Shown here in pieces: positions 10,801 through 19,200 of a DNA stretch of 48,392 nucleotides; position 1 is the first letter of the stretch, and the number at the start of each line of letters is the position of its first letter. A program made the position numbers and the translations under genes. The stretch is from the IMG/VR virus record IMGVR_UViG_3300025084_000046, positions 1-48,392 of that record; one strand, written 5' to 3'. Source of the DNA: a virus. Its lineage: Duplodnaviria; Caudoviricetes. The notes under the pieces are model-generated. The model had not been told where the DNA came from, ran no database searches, and saw only the letters and a program-made list of their open reading frames with translations.

Positions 10801-13800
10801 TTGATGGTACAAATCTGATTAAACTTACCTTTAAAGATGAGTTTGGTGTAGATGTCAGCAATGCTGGTATTGGAATTACTAACGAATCACAAATTAGATT
10901 TAGAGATTATCCAGATTCTAGATTTAACTCTACTTGGACAGTCTTTAGTCCTAATGGAGATGCGTTTAATTCTACCAATAACTACGTACATTTCCAAATT
11001 TATGATAATATTAATATCGCAACTGTTTCTTGGAGAGGTGCTGGTGGTATTACTGATGTTTCTCCTGGTGTACCAGTACCAGCAGTTGACTTCTCTAATT
11101 CTAGTTGGAAAGAATATGGATTAGTTGGTGCTGAAGTATTACGTGCTAGCACAGAAACTATTGGTGATTATAAATTAGGTATTAATACTGTTGCTAGATC
11201 TGCTCATAGTGATTGTTTAGATGCATTTAGTTCCGATCAAGTTCTACCAAGAGCTAACCTAGACATTGTTGGAACAACATTTATTAGTGGTAAGACAATT
11301 AATTCTTACTTAACTGAGTCGTCTATCGTCAAGACTGAAACTAATCAGGATGATGCTTTCTTAGTTGGTGGTGATAGTGACAATCCTAGTGATAATGCTA
11401 CATTTAGAGTGATGACTACCAATAATGGTAGAGTTGGTATTAACACTGCCGTCAATGATGTAGTCAACCCATATAAGAGTCTTGATAAGACATTTGTTGT
11501 CATTGGTGATGCTAGAATTCATGAGAATCTGGAGATTACTGGCGATCTTGAAGTTAACGATGGTGATATCACAACTACAAACAATGCATTCAACTTCGTC
11601 AATCAAAATGCTAATATTCTAAACTGGGCTGGTGAAGGTCAGATTCTTAATCTACTGAATAACACTAGTGCTAATCAGTCAATTAACATAGGCAATTCTT
11701 CTGGTAATTTCACCGCACTTGTTGGTGAGTCTGCTACAAATGGAACTCTTAAGATTCTTAGAAATACTCAGTCAGCAACATTAGATATTGCTACTGTTGC
11801 TAATGATGTGTCATCTACATGTAACATCACTTTGGGTGGAGCATGGGCAACACAGGCAGATACATCTTCTTCCGTTAAGATTGAAACATTCTACACTGGA
11901 CTTGCTGGCAATCTTGAGATTGGTACTGGATATGGTGCTGGAACTAGCAGTTCTAGATTGTTCACACAAACAAGAGTTGTTAATCTCTTTGATGGAGATC
12001 AAACTAACACAGTTAATCTTGCTACCAACGCAACCACATTTACTTTAGGTTCTACTGGTGGAACAACCGTTGTTAGAAACACATTAAATGTTCTTGCTTC
12101 AGCAATTGTTGAAGGTAATATCAGATTGGACGGTGGTTTGAATGCTGGTATTATTGAAATTGTAAGAGGTAGATTTGGAACTACTATTGTTGGACACCAG
12201 GTTGGTGGCGTCGATAATCCAAATATTGACTTCTACAAATATCAAACTACAGGTAGATTAATTGATACCGCAGGTGTTTCTTCTTGGGGATCAAATACAT
12301 TCTTAGTTTCGGGTGGTCAAATTGCTGCTATTGACAACATTGTTAATAATGGATCTACAAGTAGAACACCTGGAACTTATAACTTCCTTGAGGGCACTTC
12401 TGATGGTGCTGGTATTGGAGCAAGTTTCACAGTTCTTGTTAGATTTGATTTCACTATTGACATCACAATTGAAAGTCCTGGTGAAGGATATTCTAACGAT
12501 GAAAATATCACCATTACCGACTCTCAGTTAGGCGGTGGCGGTGGTGGAGACCTTACTTTCCAAGTAAATGGAGTTAACTCTGTTGGTAATAACTACTATC
12601 TACCAATTACCACTCCTTCTATTACTGACTTCCAAGTTGGCGATTTGCTCTTAATTGATAGAGGTAATGCTTTCTCTCCTGATAGTGTTGGCAGTGGAGC
12701 AAATATCGTAACTGGATTGAGAGATGAATCTCAAAGTGAAATTGTTCGTATCACTGGTATTGCTAACGTTGCTAATCCATCTGATATTAATGGATACAGA
12801 TTAATTGTTAGTAGAGGACAAGAAGGAACATCTCTTAGCACTAATCATCCTGATGGTTGTACTATTGCTAAACTTGATAAGCAGGCAAATGCTTCCTATA
12901 TTACTGGTTCTGATCTTAATAATGATGATCAACTAGACGAACCATTATCTGGTATTGGAAGTGGATCTGGTAATGTAAGAATTGGTATTGCTGAATTTGG
13001 TGGTACTTTAACTACTGCTGATCTTATCAGATTGTCGCAATCAGAATTTGTTGCTATTGAAAGTTTAGTTTCAACCTCTCCACAATCTCTAATTGTTAAT
13101 GATGGTGGAGATCCTGCGGTTGACGTATTCAGAGTAGAATCTACAACTGGAGATACTATTATTTTAGGTGATGTTGGAGTTGGTGTTGGATTTAATAAGT
13201 TTACTATCGATAGTGTTACTGGAAACACTACTGTTGCTGGAACTCTAACTACAGAAAATACTCTTACTATTAATGGTTCTACAATTCTAAATCAGCAGTT
13301 CTTCACCATTACTGATGGTGGTGCTGGTGGTGTTCCTGCTAGAACAACTTTACAAGTTGATACTGCAACTGGCGATCTAACGATCAACGGTGGTGATATG
13401 AACTTCTTTGGAACTGATGGCACTACTCCACGCTTGACATTTGATAACTCTTCTGGAGACTTCACTGTATATGGTTCGTTCTCTGCTTTAGGAACAGGAG
13501 TATCTACATTTGGTGGATCACTTGATATTGATGGTGGAATTAACCTTGAGTTCCAGGAAGGGGTTGGAAGAGGAGCAATTGATTCTAAGTTTGAAATTAC
13601 AAACACAGATGGCAATAGCATCTTCCAAGTTTCTGATAATGGATCATTGAAAGTTGCCCAAATTGAAAATTATATTACTAGCACTGGTGGTCGAAAGTGG
13701 TTATATTCTGCTGATACCACGGTAGATGTAGCAGCTAATGTAAATTACTTTATTAACTGTAATGGAAATACATTAGTCAGACTACCAGGCAATGCTCAAA

Positions 13801-14087
13801 TGGGCGATATGATTCGCATTATAGATATAAGTGGTAGTCTCACATATAACCAAACGATGGTCATTAGAGCACCCGATAACGTAGAAGTTCAAGGTGAAAT
13901 AACAAATACCGGAATATCGGTATTGTCTGGTGTGGCACCTTCCAACTTTGCTGGTTATAATGGTGGTGAACTAGTTGTACAAACACCAAATGCTTCGTTC
14001 GGATTAGTTTATGCTGCAACATCTGCGCCTGGTGGTCAACCTGGTGTGCCTTCATCCCTTGCGGGTTGGTACTTAATGGACGTATAA
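1893..14087 (+). CDS. giant virion/tail-fibre structural protein (4064 aa) with nested phycobiliprotein-like helical domains
   Basis: Late promoter; cyanomyophage-type N-terminus (LYVSPDDFNATD..PFKSIQRA, beta-helix-like); CxRD..D..GGN repeats; Gly/Thr-rich fibre C-terminal third (GRVGINT); C-terminal gp9/gp10-like motif (YFIN..LP....GDMIRIID). Confidence 0.85.
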   Translation: MPLTRLDNLISSKTGKYLYVSPDDFNATDALSNRGNSPVTPFKSIQRAFLEIARYSYLPGFGNDRFDQFSIMLMPGIHYIDNRPGLVDTSGISAFGFDQANNEWTDNSILDISNPDNVLYKYNNTEGGAIIPRGSSLVGYDLRRTVVRPLYVPDPASVTVPRSAIFNVTGGCYFWQFTIKDGQTTAESPLFNTVEGTGEVYYDPYDFTRKTAPNYSHHKLTVFEYADTEELSLFYRKIAKGFSDYQPTIDDPGEFDFRIQENRIVGPLSDSRVIESLTLNDATTIPSIAASTSKIEVTTKVDHGYFAGQFVAISNTNIDSVLEGIFPIIDIDQNDPRKFTYEVAEVVSAIGTGIASGQTVSVDTTPALGQNAQTLAEVDSVESASPYVFNCSIRSTWGICGIWANGLKATGFKSMVIAQYTGVSLQKDDRAFIRYDEYSNTWNQASLTDAFATVPYHAKGDSYWKDEWRNFHVRASEDAFIQNVSIFAVGFADHFLMESGGDMSITNSNSNFGNTSLHAIGFKGFAFNQDKGGFITDIIPPEAVDSGAANIKKTQYYTIDISGTTQDTNNYTKLFLGSEDITSPLDRPAVSIGGYRLGSKSGEKLYVRLDPAVAGGTEEFNATLEPTGFVKYIAAPQILNPSGFAINNIYADAANLIESNRKMIQEEVFGYIIEKYPRLQDISYVNPGRDPNANRYFDARNLIIANRQNIINATIQSLGVFSPGSPVSVNDIGVIVDAVAEDLRDGGNYNTVAAVQGFFANDTALTGLLVGQEENLLWAFRRARDLCKQAVANLLSVKANLYDPVPFADSPYNFYSNLPCGSITSGKTGSQAENDGDTTNGVTIDLAQKIDPAARYRDTYNLITENRDYILDNALAEIAVYDGAPFFSFPGDPAETARSRFKTAYRLIRRNKADAQDYAIGQVSVLYPSFVFPGGSDKCKRDIGYFIDAVAMDIFLGGNLWSSTFINKYFSGTGQWITGGLQGEELQSIAAYNAARDYLQDAVSNQLTSGYQDLTVSPGESIYGDGNGDVVNTDTTACADVQNAISSLTSIVTQCISDGNNDSITDSNNANYVVPTQRDLLTGASKCRRDIGHIVDAIRQDLWFGGNAYSIAMAKTYFNRFGGPISTGLSGEESPSITAFKRAADAINLAINNQLYYKDSTITLDQVGDPPIVSDMNADAYDLVLANKKFIAKQAYETMKESYPSYTPQADNTEQDCLDDVYNVLEEVMYDVKFGGNAKTYDSAEIYTTNVMPYFGLSKRRKQFTPSNVSYDPATGLSVFTIPGHDMTQGGYIRVDTGSVIFTCTMDGNQTQHASPSADDPYAGQWMVITEADASTITVNVGPSGANESFNPTNAVYNSTTGDMEITIGNHSLSITEGVILADNSFTFTCDQDNNVTQHTYPRPGSDPWAGKSIPITDVSATTITVNVGNAGSAAGVPHTFVSAAAGAVQHNPQSAHTFVSATNNCVNYGVAAATFLDPERDEAAAVFTAAKNLIADVLRNISITAKPNNLETQVIDNNIVTDWDTPACVDAINATTSNLDTIIQAIGTDVGVGNLNGISRTVPTQPSTSSVLPQPGGYVAGNCSDVVSTVNTLVEIICDTTAAGNLDSLPPLDQGEWDCANVRGSIETLFDIADDAFSVTSLTTLPVITRGGFTTDAEQSKCYRDVSYIVDAVVNDLRLGGNINSVQAGEAYYVGNNLTYIDGEKTETLDAWNYVGQVATAAMRNFDVWVEGCSTTAGSAIVDVNDTRGILIGMRVVEYNSNNIVNGLLTPGSPPVSSTIQENAFVKRIVSSTQIELGVQNSRFDFGNTINAQQTNTSGLGLYFTFEKGQWADTLPKTVIVGPAGSVPAPDVLVDTTPGLECSGTADAITTLIGNITTVINSGVGSVDREEQTASVSLFASRATVFTINTSGVGASNPHDFETGTPVRLVPRPRFDVASGKYVDVDKRLVRLPNGFETNRTYYVIAPGRRTQPENYSTTTFFNGSDQTKLMLATSKENAAAGIYIYASESESIDANVEIDIYQFILDEKYDLHTYKAKLTNSVNAGIETEVSHIFDVPFSSVTPHEVFIRAFDGEVLPDVSTTYANDSDVAVVDVSDSNFGKINPNKSFFARYQNDRVFTIHKTHADAINNVFPITFTAGQSAGFRIFSNKRRSPVKYDPGFSNGLITTGKWFVNCKDEGSSSVSQSIRDENIFWRIKQQDLSDRPRSTDMWFTRLEDEREANDRTYKLRYVIPKYLENARDPINGFVIKTRTDDTRKLVPQKLLLKPVAGTVYGARFSNPVQPNEFIGFTDNDFVLSNLNSDNAYDPYKKDQTGQGIEYRAFAKFSSGIQATIQSGRYVQDRLDPTINYLELTVFDHGVDTLNFPGLRNESFTTVQINAPQGGSFVVNKTASIVANQIEWTGNSSGLANIHAYYTIGGLHYLILKNIRGGKLEYSEYTNTRFTQGSVFADMLDDQDYGKSLPLKTLIAKKYPEYYYKQNGANVYTITPGDRVQDDAGIEYYVETVEDAGIIEDTFYVFSYETLQRRIAGQQDGIYYLSCLRGNISPFPTGAGVAENFKKFNFSQPVSSLYPLNYKNDPLWFQKAGTSTQELNLASQLLDPPATISAADNYVHGLVTTNDFKNSVTKELVQDLVLQSAFVNNTYSTGNNQLRAQTGNATSGSEDRRIAIVGDSTVVADQRYYVELRRPSIARAGNHTFEYLGFGPGNYSTGLPARQEIVLTPTEDFYAQSKKQDAGIVFYTGLNSNGDLYIGNRKINAITGEETFLERAVLADSEDDNEDIGNLVTSFDTPVTFNQNITVVGGDGSQQNVFQSPLIVSVQDNDLTEVRDSFTVRSNVSSIDPVTLDEQDETLDRTNFQPPNSGDVRISKNRVDAAVFGFNSRGMGQKYQIQTHITSGVPSNITPNNSATIASGGSRLLSSQFVDYSGVAAKPGDILLKGKQIGRTGSLGWVYANYFAQIPTNNIFTIEFDGTNLIKLTFKDEFGVDVSNAGIGITNESQIRFRDYPDSRFNSTWTVFSPNGDAFNSTNNYVHFQIYDNINIATVSWRGAGGITDVSPGVPVPAVDFSNSSWKEYGLVGAEVLRASTETIGDYKLGINTVARSAHSDCLDAFSSDQVLPRANLDIVGTTFISGKTINSYLTESSIVKTETNQDDAFLVGGDSDNPSDNATFRVMTTNNGRVGINTAVNDVVNPYKSLDKTFVVIGDARIHENLEITGDLEVNDGDITTTNNAFNFVNQNANILNWAGEGQILNLLNNTSANQSINIGNSSGNFTALVGESATNGTLKILRNTQSATLDIATVANDVSSTCNITLGGAWATQADTSSSVKIETFYTGLAGNLEIGTGYGAGTSSSRLFTQTRVVNLFDGDQTNTVNLATNATTFTLGSTGGTTVVRNTLNVLASAIVEGNIRLDGGLNAGIIEIVRGRFGTTIVGHQVGGVDNPNIDFYKYQTTGRLIDTAGVSSWGSNTFLVSGGQIAAIDNIVNNGSTSRTPGTYNFLEGTSDGAGIGASFTVLVRFDFTIDITIESPGEGYSNDENITITDSQLGGGGGGDLTFQVNGVNSVGNNYYLPITTPSITDFQVGDLLLIDRGNAFSPDSVGSGANIVTGLRDESQSEIVRITGIANVANPSDINGYRLIVSRGQEGTSLSTNHPDGCTIAKLDKQANASYITGSDLNNDDQLDEPLSGIGSGSGNVRIGIAEFGGTLTTADLIRLSQSEFVAIESLVSTSPQSLIVNDGGDPAVDVFRVESTTGDTIILGDVGVGVGFNKFTIDSVTGNTTVAGTLTTENTLTINGSTILNQQFFTITDGGAGGVPARTTLQVDTATGDLTINGGDMNFFGTDGTTPRLTFDNSSGDFTVYGSFSALGTGVSTFGGSLDIDGGINLEFQEGVGRGAIDSKFEITNTDGNSIFQVSDNGSLKVAQIENYITSTGGRKWLYSADTTVDVAANVNYFINCNGNTLVRLPGNAQMGDMIRIIDISGSLTYNQTMVIRAPDNVEVQGEITNTGISVLSGVAPSNFAGYNGGELVVQTPNASFGLVYAATSAPGGQPGVPSSLAGWYLMDV
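3840..7545 (+). repeat. five nested copies of a phycobiliprotein-like helical domain within the giant protein
   Basis: Five DAxxLIxxNR/K starts, five (C)xxDxxxxxDAVxxDxxxGGN cores and five C-x-D/N/G closing helices in the translation. Confidence 0.8.
5682..6295 (+). repeat. two beta-rich repeats (FxPxNxxYxxxTG..H..FTC..D.N.TQH..P...DP.AG....TITVNVG..HTFVSA)
   Basis: Two clearly alignable copies; both HTFVSA closers follow the second copy. Confidence 0.8.
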
Positions 14088-14091
14088 GAAA

Positions 14092-15399
14092 ATGCCTTTT
14101 TATCAAGAAACAAGAACCATGAAAGGTGCCGTTATTGGCACCATCATGCCATGGTCTGGACCTGTCAGTAACATACCAAAAGGTTGGATTATCTGTGATG
14201 GTACTCAACCACCAGCAAATGAGTATCCTCTACTTGTGCAAGCAATTGGGGATACTTATAATTCTGGAACTACTAATTTAGGAGGAGGATTTCCGGCATA
14301 TACTGGCAATTTTACATTACCTAATTTGGTTGGTGGTAAAATGTTGATGGACATTGAACAATCTTATTTTGGAGTATTAACTTCTGACAGAGATAGTGAT
14401 CCTGATGCTGGCAATTTAATTTCTCCATATATTGGACAAAATACTGATAACGGAGTGAATGCTGCTTGGAATAATGTATATACTGATGTAGTTTTTACAT
14501 TAAATGAGAGAACTGGATATTCTGGAAACGTTAGGGGTAATAGTATTATAGATGGTGAAGGTGAAAAATCTATATTTATTGGTGGCAGAAAATTAGGACA
14601 TACTCATGTTAGAGCACATGGTCATAGTGGAATTTATGAAACTATAGCTGGAGGTTTAGGTAGTTCTGGAACAGCGACAAATCGAAGACCTGGATTGGGT
14701 GTTATACCATATGATAATATAACGGGAACATTTAATTATGCTGCTATCGATGAAGCACCATCTTTCTTTGGTAGTAGATTTGATGATGGTGTTGTTGACT
14801 CTGTTCGTCTTGGATTTGAAGGATTTAAAAAAGATAATGTTGATTTAGTTTCTATATCTGATGGGTTTTCTTGGGGATCTGTTTCAGGTTTTAGTGGATT
14901 TGGCAGTGGAGACCCAGGAAGAACTGTTATGAGATGTAGTAGTGAAAATCCACCTATTAACTTATCACCGCAAAGACTTACTTTTACTTCTCTTGCCCAA
15001 GCTGTAAATTTTGATTATCCTGTTTTAGGAGGCAGTGGAGCTAATGTAGTTCCCTTTGCTTCTGGTGGTGGTAATACTAATATTCCTTCAGGATTTACTA
15101 ATTATTATGAAGATGTACCGGCTGCTGGAAACTATGGAACATTATTAAGTAATCCTGGATCTAGTTTTATTACCGATACTGGTGGTGGCGCACAATCAAA
15201 TGTTGATGCTCATGATCATGAACCAATTACAGTTGTATTCGATCAAAATAGTTTAAAACCGCAATCTACATTGGTTGCTGATGTTAATATTCCTGCTACT
15301 ACCAATCTAGATAATGCTTCAAATGTTGCAGCACTACAGATTAGTATGAACACTAGTCAACCGTCTATGACATGTATATACATCATCAGAGCATACTAA
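14092..15399 (+). CDS. phage tail-collar domain protein (short tail fibre-like)
   Basis: IGTIMPW..PKGWIICDG....EYPLL.QAIG.TY..F.LPNL collar motif, HxH motifs, C-terminal YIIRAY. Confidence 0.88.
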   Translation: MPFYQETRTMKGAVIGTIMPWSGPVSNIPKGWIICDGTQPPANEYPLLVQAIGDTYNSGTTNLGGGFPAYTGNFTLPNLVGGKMLMDIEQSYFGVLTSDRDSDPDAGNLISPYIGQNTDNGVNAAWNNVYTDVVFTLNERTGYSGNVRGNSIIDGEGEKSIFIGGRKLGHTHVRAHGHSGIYETIAGGLGSSGTATNRRPGLGVIPYDNITGTFNYAAIDEAPSFFGSRFDDGVVDSVRLGFEGFKKDNVDLVSISDGFSWGSVSGFSGFGSGDPGRTVMRCSSENPPINLSPQRLTFTSLAQAVNFDYPVLGGSGANVVPFASGGGNTNIPSGFTNYYEDVPAAGNYGTLLSNPGSSFITDTGGGAQSNVDAHDHEPITVVFDQNSLKPQSTLVADVNIPATTNLDNASNVAALQISMNTSQPSMTCIYIIRAY

Positions 15400-15400
15400 A

Positions 15401-16288
15401 ATGGCAAATTACACATACGAAAGATCAAAATATGGAGGATGTGTTGGCAGCATATTAGTACATACTACTCCCGCAATTTCTTCATCTAACGACCCCACCA
15501 CTGCTCAATTTAAAGACAATATTCCGGCAGGGTATTTGAAGTGTGATGGATCTGTCTTATTGGCAAAAGATTTTCTGGCATTATCTAGAGTCGTTGGTGT
15601 TGGAGATCAGTGTAGATTTAAAAGAGAAATTTCACAGGTTAGAAACGCTGATCCTAGTATTAATGATTTGGGGCAGTTTCAGTTGCCTGATTTGGGATCT
15701 AAGGTAATTATTGGTGGTAGAGGAACTGGAGCATATAATAATGATTTTGTGGATAGAGAAGATTTAAATGCTGCTACAACAAATAGAGTTGGACCACAAA
15801 TTGAAGTTATTAGTAATTTTGGTAGTCAAATTAGTTCAAATTATATAGGATCTGCTCGTATTACCGCTAGTGGAACACTTAACATGCTAGGCAATCCTAG
15901 ATATAGATTAGACCGAAATACTTCTGAAACTGAATTAAATATTGAAAATTTTCAGGGGCATCTTCATAGGGCAAATCAAACATATCTAAACTATAGTACT
16001 AGTCATCAAGTAGGCGGAGAAGGTGGTAAAGATAATGCTCTAAGATTAGGAAATAGCGGTGCTGGCAATCAAACTGATTTTACTTTTGAGTCTGGTAGAG
16101 AATCTATTCATGACCATAGAGTTGAAAAACCAATAGCATATACTAGTAATTTTACTTATTCATATCCACAAAAAGATATTGATATGTCAGGAGTACTTGC
16201 TACAGTTGATGTTGATGTCAGTAATGACGAAAAATTAGATCAGTTAGTCACACCTTTTATTCTTGTAGAATACATCATTAAGTTTTAA
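15401..16288 (+). CDS. phage tail-collar domain protein
   Basis: PAGYLKCDG...L..V.G..FQLPDL collar motif, HLH/HDH, C-terminal YIIKF. Confidence 0.88.
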   Translation: MANYTYERSKYGGCVGSILVHTTPAISSSNDPTTAQFKDNIPAGYLKCDGSVLLAKDFLALSRVVGVGDQCRFKREISQVRNADPSINDLGQFQLPDLGSKVIIGGRGTGAYNNDFVDREDLNAATTNRVGPQIEVISNFGSQISSNYIGSARITASGTLNMLGNPRYRLDRNTSETELNIENFQGHLHRANQTYLNYSTSHQVGGEGGKDNALRLGNSGAGNQTDFTFESGRESIHDHRVEKPIAYTSNFTYSYPQKDIDMSGVLATVDVDVSNDEKLDQLVTPFILVEYIIKF

Positions 16289-16290
16289 AA

Positions 16291-19200
16291 ATGACCCAAG
16301 ATTCTAGTTTCACAAGTAGATCTCCTAATACTGCGGGTTATACTAACCAATTTTATGAACCAAATTGGTCAAGTTTCATGAACAATTATAATATTGGGGG
16401 CAGGGATGCTAGTGGTACTCCTGGAACCAATAGAACATTTTCTTGGACTATTACTTTTTCAAATTATGGCAGACAACGATTCTATGCTAACGTAGATGAT
16501 AGTGGAGCGATTTATATTAATGGCAACTATGAAATGGGAATGGGTGGTTTTAGGGGACAAAGTTTAGTCACTACATCAAATTATTATGGTCCAGGTACAT
16601 ATACTCTTAGTGCTACATCTATTAACAGTGGTGGTGGACCTTGGGGTATTGCCATAGATTGGGTTGGATTTATTCCACCCCCGCCTATTCCTGGATGTAC
16701 AGACCCTCGCGCTACAAACTACAATCCAAGCGCAGATCTTGATAATGGAACTTGTACATATCCTACACCAGGTATTACTTTAAATTTTAATCCTACTGCT
16801 ATTAAGAGGGGAGAAACATCTGCACTATCTTGGTCTGTCAGTAATTCTACATCTAGAACTTTAACTGGTCAAGGTAGTGTTGGAACATCTGGTAGTTTAA
16901 ATTATAGTCCTAATAATACCATTAGTCGCACTCTAACCGCAAGTTATTATGGTATTACCAGTAATTCAGTCACAAAAACTTTAACTGTTTACATTCCTCC
17001 TATTTTTAACATTTCCACGAATAAGACGGAAATGATGCTTGGTGAAACAGCTAATATTTCTTGGACTGTTAGTGGTGATGGTGGCGGATTAAATTGGACT
17101 CCTACCTTAACGTGGTTGTCTGGTGGTCTTACTAATGGAAATTTGAATAGTAATTCAAATGTATCTCCATCAGATACTACAATATACACTGGTAGAGTTT
17201 CTGGTGTTGGTGGGACAGATACAGGTAGCGTGACCGTTGTTGTTTATCAACCAGTACAATTATCGATAGATCCCCCGACCAATTTAGTATATGGCAACCA
17301 GGGAACTATTAATGTCACTACAAAATATGCTACAAACTCTATAACTATAGCACCAACATACAATTATGATTTTGTTGGATCATCTGCGGGTTCTGTGGTT
17401 AATTTACCTGTTAATGACAGTGCTGAAATTGGTGGAACTCAATCCACTACAGGGTATACTACGACAATACCTTATAATGATAGGGGACCACTGAGTGTCA
17501 CATATGTAATTAGAGCAACTGGTAAATTGGGCAACTTCCAAGAACAAGTAGCTACTATTCCAATTATTATTGATGACACTCCTGAAAATTTAAACATTCC
17601 TGAGAGTGAAGATTTAATAAAAGATCAAACACCAGTTGTTTCACCAGAGGTGGAAGTTTTATCTGATTTGATTTTAATTGATGATGTTGATATTAAAGTA
17701 GAAGTTAAATCAAATTATCCTATTCAGGTTGATCGTAATCAAGATGATGACTGGACTAATATTAGACAAATTGGATCTCCCCCATATATTCAGGGAAGTT
17801 CGGTTAGTGGAAATTCTTTGCCTATTGAACCTGAAGTTTATTCTATAGAATCAAATAGTGCTCCTATCAGTATTGATGAAGAATTTAATGTAAGTTCTAA
17901 TGCTGCTACTACAAATATCAGTGTCTCAAGTACTTTTACTATAGATCCTTATATCTATAGTTTATACTTTAAGATGTATGGTGCTAGTGGTGGTGGTGAA
18001 AATATTGCTGCTAATGCTGCGTTGACTACTACTGCAGGAACCAGTGGTGGAACAACTAGTTTTCTTGGAATATCTTTAAGTGGTGGTACAGGAGCAGGAA
18101 TTGGAGGAAAAAATGGAGGTGGATTCGGGGGAGGATCTACATTTGGATATACATGGTCAGGTACTGGAGTTTCGATAAATTCAGCAAATGGAAGCCGTGG
18201 TAGTTTATCTACTGGAGGGTCAGGTGGAGTAGTTGCTGGTTCTGGAAAAAATGGTGGTGTCGGATCCAATGGAGTAAATACATATACTTCATCTTCATAT
18301 CACGTTTTTAATAATAACGACACTCAAACCATTAATGGAGTGCCACCAAATAGTCATAATTTTAGTCAATCTGGTTCAACTTCTGATATTACACTGAGTT
18401 ATGCAAATCCAGGTGCTCCAGATGGATTAACTGGATACTTGCCAACAAACGGAAAATATTATAATTTGAGATTTACTAATCCTTACGCAAATAATTCTTG
18501 GACTTTTTCTGTTAGTGGTGTTTGTAATCAAGCTGCCGGTGGTGGTACTGGCGGACAACCTTATTCTTATCAGGGTTATCGTTATAAAAATTCTAGTGGA
18601 ATAAGTCTTTGGTTTCAAACTAGTAATGGCAATAATGGTTATATTCGTTGTTTTACTATTACAACTACTGGTGTTAAACCAGGTGCTGTAGGCAGGGGTG
18701 GCGGTGGTGCTGCTGCCGTCGAAGGTACTATACCTAGGCAAGCACTAGTATCATCAGGAACTTATGCTCCAGGATCGGCAGTTCCTGTGGCTATTGGTAG
18801 CGCAGGATCTAGAGGTGGAACAACTGGTGGGTGTGCTAATGGATTACAAGGATATCTTACAATAATTCAAACAATTTACCCCCAGGTATACCTTTCTAGT
18901 AATAAACTTATACTTAAACCAACGGATCCAACTGCCACATTAACTTGGACTGGTGCTGGAGATATTAATGCTATTAGATGGCCATTTAATGGAGATATTG
19001 ATAATAGTAATGTAAATAGCACATCTTTTGTTAGTCCTACAGTTACAACAACATATACAGCTGAGGGATATAATACTTCAAATACAGATTTAGTTTCATA
19101 TAATCCAGAAGCTTCATTGACTATCGTTGTATATGCACTACCAAACATTCAAAAATTTGATATTCCAGATACCATAGACTATGGACAAACTTCATTTAAT